Positions 62,801 to 64,000 of a stretch of 64,000 bases of DNA are shown here, piece by piece. Made by a program: the position numbers and the translations under genes. Each line of letters starts with the position of its first letter. The stretch's first letter is position 1. The notes below the pieces were generated by a model. That model saw only the letters and a program-made list of their open reading frames with translations, searched no databases and was not told where the DNA came from. Origin of the DNA: Squalus acanthias (taxonomy: Eukaryota); NCBI GenBank assembly GCA_030390025.1, contig JASTWF010000326.1, positions 434,001 through 498,000 of the forward strand. The letters run 5' to 3'.

Positions 62801-63266
62801 TTCAGCAAGCTGGTATTTGTTTTTTCCAAAAAGTATCTACTACTTTAATTCTTTCCCAGAACTTCAAAACTGCAACTTCTCACCTTCCCTTAGCTTTCCT
62901 TCCTTGTACATTCTACAGGCTTTAACACCCAAACTCGTATCACTCACTGTCACAGCTTGACTTACCGGGGCCGATTTTCAACGACGACCCGTCCGATTCT
63001 CGCCTGAGAAATGGGTGGCTGACAGTGAAAATTTGTGGGTGGGTACCTCGGTCATTCGTTGGACACCCAAGGTAAGAAGGCAGGGCTGCATACTTAACGA
63101 TTTATATATCGGCATGGAATGCTGATTAACAGCTATGGACCCAAGTTAGTTGATGGAACAGTGGTTATAGCAATGAATAGTTGTTTTACTGCAACTGGGG
63201 TACTTTTAACTCCTGGCTCAATTGCCTATATTTTTTTGGTTGGAAACAATTGAGTTACACACAAAG

Positions 63267-64000
63267 GCCGTGATTTTCCGAGTGGAGGCGGATTGGAGGC
63301 AGCTTTGATGTTTGGCGGGTTCCGGTCCTGCTGCCGGTTTCAGCCGCCCTGAAATTACGATTTTTGCTGAAGTGGGCTGATTAAGCCCGTCGTGCGCGCT
63401 ACCCGGCCCAATCAGTGGGTTCGGGTCTGCTGCTTGCCTCTGCTGACGTCTCTCAGCCAGCTGTATTTAAGGGGCCCATGCAGCCTTGTTTTTGATCAAT
63501 CCTATTCTGCTGCTTCTCAGTGTGGCACTTGTGAAAATGACTGCTGCAAGATCCAAGGCATCTCCCAGATTAGATGATGACTTCCTCTATGCTCTTGTGG
63601 AGGGAGTGAGAGGGCGCCAAGAGGTACTGTTCCCCTCAAACGGACGGAGGTAGCCTCCTCAGCAAAGCAAAGCAGCCTGGCTGCAAATTGCTGAGGAGGT
63701 GAGCTCCAGGTCTTTGTGTGGTCGCACCTGGGTTCAGTGCAGGAAAAGGTTCAATGACCTGCTACGCTCAACAAAAGTGAGTATAACATCACACTTAGCT
63801 TCAATGTGCTCCCCATCTCCTCTCATCACCAGCGATCTGCATTGTCAACTTACTCCTGCACATCCCACTTTACCCTTACATCCCTTGCACCCTTAACCAT
63901 CCCTCTCTCTCTATGTACAGAATTACTTCACTATTCTACTATGCAGCCCTCACACTCGCTATCACTGTTATACAATGCCAACAACTAACAACGCACAGGG
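63267..64000 (+). mobile_element. Left part of Harbinger element G, running off the window; Myb exon 1 at 63537-63776
   Basis: TIR GGCCGTGATTTT. Exon reads MTAARSKASPRLDDDFLYALVEGV...AWLQIAEEVSS...WVQCRKRFNDL, with one internal TAG. A GTGAGT donor lies at the same phase-0 position as in copy C. Confidence 0.88.

Overview
This is eukaryotic (vertebrate) DNA, very probably from a cartilaginous fish. That is inferred from HER1-like CR1 LINEs with (TTTCTATG)n tails and Deu-domain SINEs. The window is almost entirely nested transposable elements, and no host protein-coding gene could be identified with confidence. Contents: (1) the 3' part of a young Ty3/Gypsy LTR retrotransposon, with an open pol, PPT and 203-bp LTR; (2) two long (1.46 and 1.60 kb) solo LTRs with 4-bp TSDs; (3) many CR1 LINEs, including one older copy carrying three younger insertions; (4) an ORF1-less CR1-group LINE that begins with a tRNA-like Pol III head; (5) L2, DeuSINE and Penelope fragments, one with a minimal hammerhead ribozyme fold; (6) a dense cluster of PIF/Harbinger DNA transposons (convergent DDE transposase plus 3-exon Myb/SANT gene) and their non-autonomous derivatives. 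One Harbinger copy keeps an intact spliced 459-aa Myb/SANT gene. A 26-nt intronic motif, 50 nt upstream of the splice acceptor in two copies and present in a third decayed copy, is amplified into a 5x54-bp array in that intact copy. There is also a ~35-unit E-box minisatellite and a 200-N assembly gap. All coordinates were read by eye; decayed-element boundaries are approximate.
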